From contig JAFGFI010000028.1 in assembly GCA_016931185.1 (NCBI GenBank), forward strand, positions 32,987 through 96,986: DNA of 64,000 nucleotides, in the 5' to 3' direction. Numbering within the stretch: position 1 is the stretch's first letter; every line of letters begins with the position of its first letter. The translations under genes and the position numbers were made by a program. Of this stretch, positions 9,909 through 19,453 are shown piece after piece. The notes under the pieces were generated by a model. The model ran no database searches. It was not told the origin of the DNA and saw only the letters and a program-made list of their open reading frames with translations. Source of the stretch: Anaerolineae bacterium. GTDB lineage: Bacteria > Chloroflexota > Anaerolineae > B4-G1 > SLSP01.

Positions 9909-10866
9909 AGCAAAATACGAAGTAAAAATAAGCGACTGTGTGTCAGCTATATATATTGAATGGCAACAAAAAACCTGCTAAGAGCCTGGTTCCTCCAGCG
10001 GATTGCCAGCAATTCAAACAATTAAGCACAGGTAAACGCACAGCACAATTGCCGGCAAAATGCTAATGTAATAATTGTATGGCCCCTAAAAACATTTACA
10101 GCACTAAATTACATACTGTACAAATGGAACTGTGATGAAACTCTGAAGAATGACCATTCAGAGACAGTCAAACAGGCAAGCCAGGATGGATCAGGGCAAT
10201 CCCAGGCTTCTAAGTTGGCAACATTGAGGATAAACCGTATTAAATCCCAATAACAAACAATTCATCGTTATTGAGTGGAAAGGTCGGAGAGCAAGCTAAT
10301 CTCAGCCATCAAGCCAAAAAAGATTTGTAGTTGTGGCCCAGACATACACTCACCACGCATCAACAATAAATTGGTGTGTTATACGGTAGTGATCAAGAAA
10401 CACATTGCATCTTAGGTGGAAATTCCCGCCTGTTCAAGTCCCACCCGCAAACTTTATTTCTGCACCAGATGGAGAAAAGTCCCCGCCAAAAATATGACCT
10501 TTCTCCTAAAACTATATTAATCCCCCCCTCCACGAATTGCATTGTATTCAAGATAGTCATTATTAAAATGACTATCTTAATACAAGCATCACATGAGTGA
10601 CACTTCCAAATCCCACTTTTATTCAGCTATGGTTTTCTACAGTATGGCGGAATTAACAAGCAACACGGTATGCTTAAAAACCTATTCTTATAATATCACA
10701 AAGTAATAAAAAAAATCATAAAGATTTCCTAAAAATATACGCAAGATCTTTTTATAGCCGATCGCGAGATAGTCGCTTCTTTAAAATATGTTTAGAAAGC
10801 CAGTTTTAGCCTGCGCTATCTGCTGTAGGACCAATAGTTAACTAAATCGCGTGGCATGTACGGTTG

Positions 10867-11259
10867 TTAATAAACTGGCCCAATCTGTGCAACACCGTCC
10901 TGTGCGGCATTGCGGATGGTATTCACCAGATCTTCAAAACTAAAGGGCTTGTCAATATAAGCATAGATTCCCAAAGATTTGGCGTGCTCATAGCGCTTTG
11001 CTCCCGTTAAAGCGGAGAGAATCACAACCGGGATATGCATTGTCTGTGGAGAAATTTTAAGGCGTTCGATGGTCTCAAACCCGTCCATCTGCGGCAAGCG
11101 CAAATCCATCAAGATCACGTCAGGTTGCCAACTTACTGCCAGTTCCAGTCCCACGAGACCGTTGGGGGCCATCTGGATTTCCAATCCCGCGAGCTGTAAT
11201 AACTGATTCACCAATTCGCGTTGTGCCGGTTCATCTTCAACGTAGAGAACTCGAATCAT
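10867..11259 (-). CDS. Single-domain response regulator (receiver)
   Basis: MIRVLYVEDE...DVILMDLRLPQMDG...KPF. Start moved to ATG 11259, which has a GGAAGGAG SD. Confidence 0.9.
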   Translation of the reverse strand: MIRVLYVEDEPAQRELVNQLLQLAGLEIQMAPNGLVGLELAVSWQPDVILMDLRLPQMDGFETIERLKISPQTMHIPVVILSALTGAKRYEHAKSLGIYAYIDKPFSFEDLVNTIRNAAQDGVAQIGPVY

Positions 11260-11346
11260 TGCTTGACTCCTTCCTGGATTTGACTCATCTCCATTCAAAA
11301 TGCCGGACAGACATTCTTGTCTATCTGACATGCCTTTCAGCCTGTC

Positions 11347-12189
11347 CTACTTGCGCGCCATAATGACAAACAGGCCATAAGTATCTTCCACCATACTTCC
11401 AGTAAGTGAAGGGAAAAAGGTAACATCGCTAAAACCACAATCGGCCAATAACGCGCGATAATCCTCATCGGTGTACGCCTGCATACTGGCGGCATGGCGC
11501 GTAACGACGCCGGTGGTAGCATCAATGATAAAATAACGTGTTGTAGTGACGGCACGCTCAGCATCCCAGAAATTCTCTTCCAGGCACAAATGCGGGTGAG
11601 CGGAAAAAAGACCGCTGGCCGTACTATACCAGGAACTCGCGGCTTCCCCCAAAGTTTGCACAATGTTAAACGTGTGCGGCTCAAGGAGCAGGCAGCCATT
11701 TTCGGAGAGCGCATGATGTGCTTTTCGCAGAATTGCTTCAGCTACTTCGGGACGGAAGACGTTGAATTCCCCAAATATCAACATCGCCAGACCATACCCC
11801 GTACCATAATCTGCCTGGCGGATATCCTCGTGGATATAGGTACACGCCAATGATGCTTGCTCAACTTGCGTTTTGGCATAAGCAACAGAGGCAGGGGAGA
11901 AATCAATGCCCACACAGATATGCCCCAACCGGGCAAGCCTGCTGGTATATAACCCCGGTCCACAGCCAAGATCCAGGATACGAGTAGGGGTCTCACCCAG
12001 AACATGGCTATGAATCCAGGCCACCTGCCGGTCAATCTTCTCAAAACGGCGGCTGGCAGCGTCGTGGGACTGTGACAAGTGTTCCTTGAGCATTCGCTCG
12101 CTAAAGTCGGGATCATTCCACGGAATCTTTTCCCCTTCTCCCCACGGTTCCGGTATAGGTACACGCATAATCATATCAAGTAAATTCAT
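11347..12189 (-). CDS. Class I SAM-dependent methyltransferase
   Basis: ILDLGCGPGLY, GIDFS. ATG 12189 preceded by a G-rich SD. Confidence 0.85.
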   Translation of the reverse strand: MNLLDMIMRVPIPEPWGEGEKIPWNDPDFSERMLKEHLSQSHDAASRRFEKIDRQVAWIHSHVLGETPTRILDLGCGPGLYTSRLARLGHICVGIDFSPASVAYAKTQVEQASLACTYIHEDIRQADYGTGYGLAMLIFGEFNVFRPEVAEAILRKAHHALSENGCLLLEPHTFNIVQTLGEAASSWYSTASGLFSAHPHLCLEENFWDAERAVTTTRYFIIDATTGVVTRHAASMQAYTDEDYRALLADCGFSDVTFFPSLTGSMVEDTYGLFVIMARK

Positions 12190-12198
12190 AATCCCCCC

Positions 12199-12354
12199 TT
12201 GAAAATCGCAAATTGGCAAATTTAAAATTGAAAAATTACCCCCCCCTCGGTGATGGTGCATTGCACTTCGGAAAGTGCAATGCACCTGTTTTCATCCCAC
12301 TGCTGGTGAGCGCACCGCGTTAATGAGTAATCCCTTTGAAAATCGCAAATTGGC
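12199..12354. repeat. 19-bp direct repeat flanking a perfect 14-bp-stem palindrome (REP-like)
   Basis: TTGAAAATCGCAAATTGGC at 12199-12217 and 12336-12354; GGTGCATTGCACTT-CGGA-AAGTGCAATGCACC at 12255-12286. Confidence 0.8.
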
Positions 12355-12374
12355 TTCTGGACGATACTCCTTGC

Positions 12375-13379
12375 CTAACGCTTGATTTTTAATGTTTCAC
12401 TCATTTTCGTTTTTCGATCCTCCGGCAACCATGAAGCCCGGACGGCGTTCCCAATCAGCGTACGAATATCCTCACGGGTAAATCCTAACCGGGTTTCCAA
12501 CAAGTAGTATTCCTCCGCCAATGAATTCCCAAACATCTTGGGATCGTCACTGTTGACCGTTACCGGCAGTCCCCGTTCAAAGTAACGACGGATGGGATGC
12601 ACATCCAGTGAGGGAACAACACCGGTACACACGTTGGAAAGTGGGCACATTTCCAACGGGATCTGGTGTTCGGCCAAATAATCAAGCAGCGCGGGATCTT
12701 CCTCGGCACGGGTTCCATGCCCGATACGCTCAACGTGCAGAGCGCGAATCGCGCCCCAAATACTCTCCGCGCCGGCAGCCTCACCGGCGTGCGCGGCAGT
12801 ATGGAAACCCAACGTCCGCGCGCGCTCGTAGACTTCCGCAAAGGGCTCCGGCGGGAACGCCTGCTCAGAACCGCCGATGCCGATACCGGTAACACCCTGG
12901 TCGCGCACTTCATATACCTGTGCCAGTGTAATCGCCGCTCGCTCCGGGCCTAGGTCGCGAATCAGATCGATCACCAGCACCACTTCGACTTCCGGTACAC
13001 GGGCCAATCCCTTGCGGATAGCCTGGGTGATGCCCTGCACTTCAAGCCCCTGGCTTGAAAAATCCGCCGGAGAGTAGAAGGCTTCGACGTAGATGATGTT
13101 CTGCCGCGCCAGATTACGGGCCACCGCCTCGGCAATGAAGGTAAAGTCCTCATACTCGCGCAAAAACTGGTTTTTCCAGACCCACGTCTCGATAAAGTGC
13201 GGGAAATCGCGATAGGTAAACCGGCGTCGTAATGCGTCTAGGTCCGGAACATCGCTATGCCCACCGTATTTCTGCACCAATGCCCACAGTGCATCCAATG
13301 GAATCGCGCCCTCCAGGTGCAAGTGCAGTTCTAGTTTAGGAAGAATTTCGTATGTTTGGATAGATGATGTGTTATTCAT
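12375..13379 (-). CDS. add: Adenosine/adenine deaminase
   Basis: LPKLELHLHLEG, HAGE, ERIGHG, LEMCPLSN, VNSDDP. Confidence 0.9.
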   Translation of the reverse strand: MNNTSSIQTYEILPKLELHLHLEGAIPLDALWALVQKYGGHSDVPDLDALRRRFTYRDFPHFIETWVWKNQFLREYEDFTFIAEAVARNLARQNIIYVEAFYSPADFSSQGLEVQGITQAIRKGLARVPEVEVVLVIDLIRDLGPERAAITLAQVYEVRDQGVTGIGIGGSEQAFPPEPFAEVYERARTLGFHTAAHAGEAAGAESIWGAIRALHVERIGHGTRAEEDPALLDYLAEHQIPLEMCPLSNVCTGVVPSLDVHPIRRYFERGLPVTVNSDDPKMFGNSLAEEYYLLETRLGFTREDIRTLIGNAVRASWLPEDRKTKMSETLKIKR

Positions 13380-13591
13380 TGTTTGCTCCCATATACAGTA
13401 TTTAGGCCGCAAGCTTCAGTAGATCGAAACTTACATAGTAACGGCTCTAGCCGTCCAGGGACCACTGAAACGGTTATGACAAACACAGATTTGTGATGAC
13501 TAAGATCAGCCAATGTAAGGTTAGTGTATGCTAGATCGATAAATTTACAATTCCACAGAAGGCGTGGGGGGGCATCAAGATTCCGCAGGAT

Positions 13592-13658
13592 GTAGCCGCG
13601 CTTTCCATAGCGCGTTCCTGTTGCCGGCCCTAAGACGAGGCATGGAAACCTCGGCTAC
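13592..13658. repeat. Inverted GTAG-REP doublet (REPIN-like)
   Basis: GTAGC-CGCGCT-TTCCAT-AGCGCG on + and GTAGC-CGAGGT-TTCCAT-GCCTCG on -. Confidence 0.7.
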
Positions 13659-13736
13659 TATGTGTGAGTATGTGTTTGCGTGGTTGCAAAGATTGCCATA
13701 TACTCAATGGGGATAAATTGTTCATCCGAGGAAAAT

Positions 13737-16313
13737 ATGGAGCGAAGTGATGTTGAAGAAAAAATAACGCCAGTTTCTCACATACTACCAGGTCAAGCCA
13801 CACGCGTCGCGCCCGGCAGCCTCGGCGGGCTATTCTGCCTTTCCACTGCTACCCTGATGTTCGAAATTACTCTTACCCGCCTCTTCTCCGTCGCGCAGTT
13901 CTACCACTTCGCCTTTATGATCATCAGTCTGGCGATGCTTGGCTTTGGCGCAAGTGGGACGTTGCTGGCACTTTTCCCAAGCCTGGGACAGCGACACCTG
14001 CAACGTGCTCTCGCGTGGCTGGCGCTCGGTTACGGGGGCACTTGCCTCGCCGCCTACTTGCTCATCAACCTGCTCCCTTTTGACTCCTTCAGTATCGCCT
14101 GGGACCGCCGCCAGGCGATCATCCTGGTAGCGCAATACATCGCTCTGTCTATTCCGTTCTTTTGCAGTGGCGCGGCGTTAGGACTGCTATTTGTCGCGTA
14201 CCCGCGGGCAGTGAACTGCATCTACGCGACGAACTTAGCAGGATCGGCTTTGGGGTGTGTGCTGGCCCTCCTCATCCCGAGTTGGGTGGGCGGTGAGGGC
14301 ATCGTGTGGCTCAGTGGACTGGATGGCGGCCTCGCGGCGCTGAGCTTTGCGTTCCCTGATCGCGGGAGCATCGTTCATCGCGGAGTATGCCGAGAACACA
14401 GAAAAATACAGGAAATCTTCCTATCCTCTGCGTTCTCTGCGGCAAAAATTCTTCTGAGCAGCGTCCAGGCCTGGGCCGCTGCGTTGCTCATCTTGGGTAG
14501 CGCGGCGATTCTCATCCTCCAGCCCGCCGCGCTGAAACTGCGCCTCTCACCATACAAAAGCCTCAGCTACGCGCTGCAATTTCCGGGCGCGCAAGTGATC
14601 TCGCAGCGTTGGAATGGCTTTTCGCGGGTTGACGTAGTGGAGAGCGCAGGTATTCGTTCCCTGCCAGGTCTCAGCTACCGTTATATGAAACCACTGCCGC
14701 CCCAACGGGGACTGCTCGTAGATGGCGACGACTTGAACCCGATTTTGACACTGCCCGTCGACACGCCGGAGTCAGACCATCTCACATTCACCGGCTTTCT
14801 GCCCTCCGCAATAGCCTACCAACTGCGACCGGAGGGACACGTGCTGGTCGTGGAACCGCGCGGCGGACTGGAAATCTGGGTTGCGCTAACACAGGGCGCG
14901 GCGCGCGTCACCGCCATCGAGTCCAACCCGCTCATCGTCGCCGCCGCCGGGAATATCTACCAGGCGCCACGCGTCATGCCGGTGCTGGAAGAGGCGCGCA
15001 GCTTCATTCGCCGCACACAGACTCGCTACGAGGTGATTTCCTTGCCCTTGACGACACCCTACCGCCCCATCCGCTCCGGCGCGTACAGTCTGGCGGAGGA
15101 TTACCACAACACCGTCGAAGCCTTCCGCGACAATCTACACGCGCTCGCGCCCGGTGGCGTACTCGTCGTTACCCGCTGGCTCCAGACACCACCGAGCGAA
15201 TCACTGCGCGCGTTCGCCCTGGCGGTCACGGCTGTGAAGCAGAGCGGCGGCAACCCGGCACAGCAAATTGTCGCCTTCCGGGGCTATGCCACACTGACAC
15301 TGCTGGTCAAAACCGCGCCGTTCGCATCCGAAGAACTGGCGCTCATCCGGCAGTTCGCCGTCGAAAACGCCTTTGATATGGTCTACGCACCCGGCATCCG
15401 ACCGGAAGATGGCAACCGTTACAACGTATTGGCAGAACCGGTCTATTACCAGGCTTTCACCAGCCTGCTGGCGGCCAAGGATCGCGCGGCGTGGTACGCG
15501 GTCTATCCCTTTGACGTAACCCCGCCTACCGACGCCCACCCGTTTTTCGGGCATTTCTTCAAATGGTCACAGGCGCGCCAGGTGATGGTGGAATTGGGCA
15601 AAAGTTGGCAACCTTTCGGTGGCGCAGGATATTTCGTGTTGGTCGCGCTGTTAATCCTGGCGATCGGGGCAGCGGCACTGGTCATCCTGCTGCCGGTAGG
15701 GGTCACGCGCCGGGGCACGGGCGGCGTTTCAACACTGGCTTACTTTGGTATGTTAGGACTGGGCTTTCTGTTCGTGGAGATTCCCTTAATGCAGCGCTTC
15801 ATCCTTTTCCTGGGACATCCGGCTTACGCGATGACAACCGTACTCTTCGCCATCCTGTTCTTCTCCGGGATCGGCAGCACGTTGGCAGGGCACGTCCCCA
15901 CGCGCGTAGCCCTCGGCTTGCTAGTGGGACTGATCTGCATCTACGCGGTGGGATTGCCGGTACTCTTTTCCTGGGCGCTCGCGTTGCCACTGATGGGGCG
16001 GATGATCGTCGCGGTATTGGCTCTCGCGCCGGGGGGAGTGTTGATGGGAATGCCCTTCCCGCAGGGGCTGCGCCGTCTCGAAGCCGCGCCGCAGTGCATC
16101 CCCTGGGCCTGGAGTGTCAACGGCGCACTGTCGGTAGTGGCCTCAGTGCTCGCGGCGTTGCTGGCACTCTCGTTCGGTTTCGACATAGTGCTGGCTGGCG
16201 GAGCGCTGTGCTACGCCGGGGCATGGCTTGCGGCAGGTCAGGGCTGCGGCGTGAGTGCGCCTTCTGCCCCCGCACCGGTGAACGGGACAAAGGAAACATC
16301 TCCCAAATTGTAG
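13737..16313 (+). CDS. Polytopic membrane protein with a central spermidine-synthase-like SAM-binding domain
   Basis: N-terminal TM block (FEITLTRLFS...YATNLAGSALG), WNGFSRVDV, VLVVEPRGG..VTAIESNP, TDAHPFF, C-terminal TM block (GFLFVEIPLMQRF, MGMPFPQG, WAWSVNGALSV). Confidence 0.8.
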   Translation: MERSDVEEKITPVSHILPGQATRVAPGSLGGLFCLSTATLMFEITLTRLFSVAQFYHFAFMIISLAMLGFGASGTLLALFPSLGQRHLQRALAWLALGYGGTCLAAYLLINLLPFDSFSIAWDRRQAIILVAQYIALSIPFFCSGAALGLLFVAYPRAVNCIYATNLAGSALGCVLALLIPSWVGGEGIVWLSGLDGGLAALSFAFPDRGSIVHRGVCREHRKIQEIFLSSAFSAAKILLSSVQAWAAALLILGSAAILILQPAALKLRLSPYKSLSYALQFPGAQVISQRWNGFSRVDVVESAGIRSLPGLSYRYMKPLPPQRGLLVDGDDLNPILTLPVDTPESDHLTFTGFLPSAIAYQLRPEGHVLVVEPRGGLEIWVALTQGAARVTAIESNPLIVAAAGNIYQAPRVMPVLEEARSFIRRTQTRYEVISLPLTTPYRPIRSGAYSLAEDYHNTVEAFRDNLHALAPGGVLVVTRWLQTPPSESLRAFALAVTAVKQSGGNPAQQIVAFRGYATLTLLVKTAPFASEELALIRQFAVENAFDMVYAPGIRPEDGNRYNVLAEPVYYQAFTSLLAAKDRAAWYAVYPFDVTPPTDAHPFFGHFFKWSQARQVMVELGKSWQPFGGAGYFVLVALLILAIGAAALVILLPVGVTRRGTGGVSTLAYFGMLGLGFLFVEIPLMQRFILFLGHPAYAMTTVLFAILFFSGIGSTLAGHVPTRVALGLLVGLICIYAVGLPVLFSWALALPLMGRMIVAVLALAPGGVLMGMPFPQGLRRLEAAPQCIPWAWSVNGALSVVASVLAALLALSFGFDIVLAGGALCYAGAWLAAGQGCGVSAPSAPAPVNGTKETSPKL

Positions 16314-17038
16314 GCCTTCAGTTCATCACCTTCCTTCACGAACTGCCAAAGGCTCTGGAAGCTGCCCTGCGGGCCGATGGGGATAATCAATCGCCCGCCA
16401 TCTTTGAGCTGCGCTACCAGCGGGGAGGGCAGATGATCCGGCGCGGCAGTGACAATGATCGCGTCAAAAGGCGCGTGTTCTTCCCAGCCGTAGTACCCGT
16501 CGCCTTGTTTGACCTGGACGCCGGTATAACCCAGGTCGCTCAGCCGGGCTGCAGCTTGCTCCGCCAGCTCGGCCACAATTTCGATGCTATAGACTTCGAT
16601 ATCCCCCAATTCCGCTAACACTGCGGCCTGGTAGCCCGATCCCGTGCCGATTTCCAGCACCTTCTCTCCAGCCTGCAATTCCAGTCGCTCCGTCATCCAC
16701 GCGACGACATAGGGCTGTGAGATAGTCTGCCCGTAGCCGATGGGTAGCGGATGATCTCCGTAAGCTTGCTCCACGTACTCCGCCGGGACAAAACGATGCC
16801 GCTGCACGGTACGCATCGCGCGCAGCACATCAGGATCGGCGATATTGCGCTGCACGATGGTTGCTTCCACCATCCGCAGTCGTTCCTCCATCCGGGCGTC
16901 CTCTTCAAATGCCGGCGTCGAAACCGTCGCCACTGTTGGGGTGAATTCCATCGGGGGAGAAGGGGATGCACAAGCTACAGTTCCTATGACCACACCTGCG
17001 ATGCATATCAGTCGTCGCCATATATGTGTACGTCCCAT
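16238..17038 (-). CDS. pcm: Protein-L-isoaspartate O-methyltransferase with an N-terminal lipoprotein signal
   Basis: AYGDHPLPIGYGQTISQP, VLEIGTGSGYQAAVL, APFDAIIVTAA, VSFVPF. ATG 17038 with GGGAGG SD; signal ends TVAC. Confidence 0.92.
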   Translation of the reverse strand: MGRTHIWRRLICIAGVVIGTVACASPSPPMEFTPTVATVSTPAFEEDARMEERLRMVEATIVQRNIADPDVLRAMRTVQRHRFVPAEYVEQAYGDHPLPIGYGQTISQPYVVAWMTERLELQAGEKVLEIGTGSGYQAAVLAELGDIEVYSIEIVAELAEQAAARLSDLGYTGVQVKQGDGYYGWEEHAPFDAIIVTAAPDHLPSPLVAQLKDGGRLIIPIGPQGSFQSLWQFVKEGDELKAYNLGDVSFVPFTGAGAEGALTPQP

Positions 17039-17070
17039 AATGTCCTCCCATCTATACAGTTTCAGAGCCA

Positions 17071-17520
17071 CTATTCAGAGGGGTGCAACGCCGCCAGCAT
17101 ATCGTGGACAGATACATCTTCTTGATAATACGCACTGAGCGATTTCCAAAGTTCAGGATGAGGTAAAGTTTCGGGGTGATGTTGGTATACGCTGCGGATA
17201 GCATCCAAAAGGCTCAGACTCTCGGCTTCTTTCAGAGCTGCGGCAGCAAAAGTTGCAGAACGGCTGACCCCCGCCCCACACGCAATAAGAACATTTTTCC
17301 CCCGCGCTTTGGCCGCTAACGCAAAATCTATCCCTTGTCGTAATAGATGAAAAGGAAGAGGTTCACCATCTTCAATAACCAAATAGAGAGCATCCATTCG
17401 AGCGTAATGTACAGGTTCGGCTAACTGGAGTACCGCGCCGATCCGATAAACGCCGAGTTGTCGATAATCCAGCGTATCACGATATTTTCCGATATAAAGC
17501 CAGGGTCGAATTGCATCCAC
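17071..17520 (-). CDS. Dual-specificity protein phosphatase family protein
   Basis: CX5R loop ACGAGVSRS; LYIG N-terminus. Confidence 0.85.
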   Translation of the reverse strand: MDAIRPWLYIGKYRDTLDYRQLGVYRIGAVLQLAEPVHYARMDALYLVIEDGEPLPFHLLRQGIDFALAAKARGKNVLIACGAGVSRSATFAAAALKEAESLSLLDAIRSVYQHHPETLPHPELWKSLSAYYQEDVSVHDMLAALHPSE

Positions 17521-17526
17521 AATCTG

Positions 17527-18555
17527 CTACTCCTGCATAAGAATAAAAATATTTTCTGGTGCAAGCATTTGATGTTCCAATGTATAGGTTTCATCCGCCT
17601 GTTCTATGTGCAGTGTGATATCATAGAGATGATCCCACCATTGAGCAGTAGCGACACTCAATTGCTCACCCTGGGCATCATAAGCCATAAAACCCACGCG
17701 GCGGACAGGCCCCCCTGTGATAGAAGTGTGATGCATCAAATAGGTAAAGGCCGCAGCTTCCTCATCCGCAGTCGTTGCCAATCGTATACGAGCCATAGCC
17801 TTTTCCGCAATATTAGCAGGTCGGGCATGGGGAAGTGCCCATGCTACATCTGTATAGCCCAGATCGTAGGAGAAAGAAACCATTTCCTCAATTTCATCCC
17901 CCCTGGCAGGCACATAAACCTGGAGCGTACCACATGTACTTCTCAAGTCTAAAACGACCTCGCCCTGCACATCTGTCGTGGTGGTGAGCATAGTGCTCCA
18001 CTGCACCGGCATTAGGGTAGGGGATAACTGATCAACAGTGCGGGGGATTGTCACATAAGCGATAGACGTAAAACTGAAGGGGGGTTCTGAAATGTCGTGT
18101 GTACCATTACGGTTATAGTCTTCCCACACCGATATGTGTACGGTAGCCATATCATTTACCGCCTCCCCTGGCATAAACCCAAACACAAAACGCTTACCGC
18201 TGGTTTCATCAGCTCGGTGAATCATCTTTGTGGTAGGATAATACCCACATGGCGGAATCGCGTGGATGTTGAAGAGATGCGTATATGTGGCCTGAAGCGT
18301 GGCGCGCCCTTCGGTATCAGTCTGAACCTCAAGAAACGTAAAACTGCCATGGATATTAGATTCCGCCACCAACCGCACATCAGGTAGGGGAACTTCATCC
18401 TTGTCGTACTTACCATTCTCATTGGTATCTACAAAGGCAACTCCCTGTGCCGCGCGTGTTGCCGGCTGCTGGCTCCCCGGCGGGCCAATCAGTCCACAGC
18501 AGGCGGGCAAGCACAACAACAACACAAAACCTATGTTTTTGCGTAATTTTATCAA
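17527..18555 (-). CDS. Putative lipoprotein with SdrD-B-like Ig domains
   Basis: Signal ending PACC; two Ca-binding-type loops FVDTNENGKYDKDE and WEDYNRNGTHDISE. Confidence 0.6.
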   Translation of the reverse strand: MIKLRKNIGFVLLLCLPACCGLIGPPGSQQPATRAAQGVAFVDTNENGKYDKDEVPLPDVRLVAESNIHGSFTFLEVQTDTEGRATLQATYTHLFNIHAIPPCGYYPTTKMIHRADETSGKRFVFGFMPGEAVNDMATVHISVWEDYNRNGTHDISEPPFSFTSIAYVTIPRTVDQLSPTLMPVQWSTMLTTTTDVQGEVVLDLRSTCGTLQVYVPARGDEIEEMVSFSYDLGYTDVAWALPHARPANIAEKAMARIRLATTADEEAAAFTYLMHHTSITGGPVRRVGFMAYDAQGEQLSVATAQWWDHLYDITLHIEQADETYTLEHQMLAPENIFILMQE

Positions 18556-18589
18556 GAGATCCCTTCTTGGCTACTTGTGGCTTGCTGCT

Positions 18590-19177
18590 TCATCCTTTAT
18601 CAGACACAATCACGTAACACCCCACCCGCGAAGGGTGATCTTCCACCTGACTACCCGGCGGGACATGGCGCAATATCCATAGGGACAACAAATCCCCGCT
18701 GGCAGCAAGGGAGAAAAGCATCCCAAACGTCATCAGCGGCCCATAACCGGTCAAAATCCCCAAGAGTGCAGGAATGAAGCCCAAGGCCAGCCCTGGTAAC
18801 AGGCCACCTAGCCGGTAGGGGCGAATATCCAATAATTCCGTGCAATGGGCGTAGGGGGTGAGCGTCTTAAGGTGCAGGCGTATCTTAACTGTGCCGCGCG
18901 GTAAGTGTCCAAAGTAGATCCAGCCGGCCGCGTGGAGCAGTTCGTGTACCACAGTGCCAACAATAATCAACAACAGAAAGGGAATGTACCCTACCAACAA
19001 CAACGCGCGTCCCAGCCGCTCCATGCCCCATACTATGCCGTAAACACCGGTGATGCTGGCGAAGAGCGGGATGGCAATGAGCAGGCTGTAAACGTTTGCC
19101 GCCAACATAGAGATGGAATAGTCTTGTTTTGCCTGAATATCAAGACGGTCATTTTGCATAGTTTTAACCTTTTCCAT
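18590..19177 (-). CDS. DUF3267 putative membrane zincin metalloprotease
   Basis: VVHELLHA (HExxH), PYAHC, ASGDLL, VEDHPSRVGC. Confidence 0.8.
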   Translation of the reverse strand: MEKVKTMQNDRLDIQAKQDYSISMLAANVYSLLIAIPLFASITGVYGIVWGMERLGRALLLVGYIPFLLLIIVGTVVHELLHAAGWIYFGHLPRGTVKIRLHLKTLTPYAHCTELLDIRPYRLGGLLPGLALGFIPALLGILTGYGPLMTFGMLFSLAASGDLLSLWILRHVPPGSQVEDHPSRVGCYVIVSDKG

Positions 19178-19332
19178 AACTCGAAATCATACACCCGTTA
19201 TCGTAAAAACCCAAACTATGTTATTGACCATTATAGGCAAGGTTCAGAAACCTTACTTTTTACCGTAACCGTTTAGTCTTGTGAGCAATGACTATTTTCT
19301 GTCACCTGCTCCAGATAGGAACGAGGGTTTGG

Positions 19333-19450
19333 GGGTGTTTTTTCGTTGGCGGGCGGGTGTACGCCAACGAAAAAACACCTTTTCTCTTCTCTTTTTCGCC
19401 CCGTAGGGGCGAAAAAGAGAAGTTCACGTGATAGGTAGCAACTTGAGTTA
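19333..19450. mobile_element. Structured MITE-like repeat, copy 1
   Basis: Two hairpins plus tail TTCACGTGATAGGTAGCAACTT; near-identical to 25646-25760. Confidence 0.7.
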
Positions 19451-19453
19451 TAC

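Noticed and set aside
9960-10220. c-di-GMP or c-di-AMP riboswitch upstream of the polysaccharide operon
   Set aside because: Only fragmentary resemblance; the conserved cores could not be matched by eye.
15563-16618. 351-aa alternative-frame ORF
   Set aside because: Overlaps two well-supported genes in GC-rich DNA; Arg/Gly-rich with no motifs.
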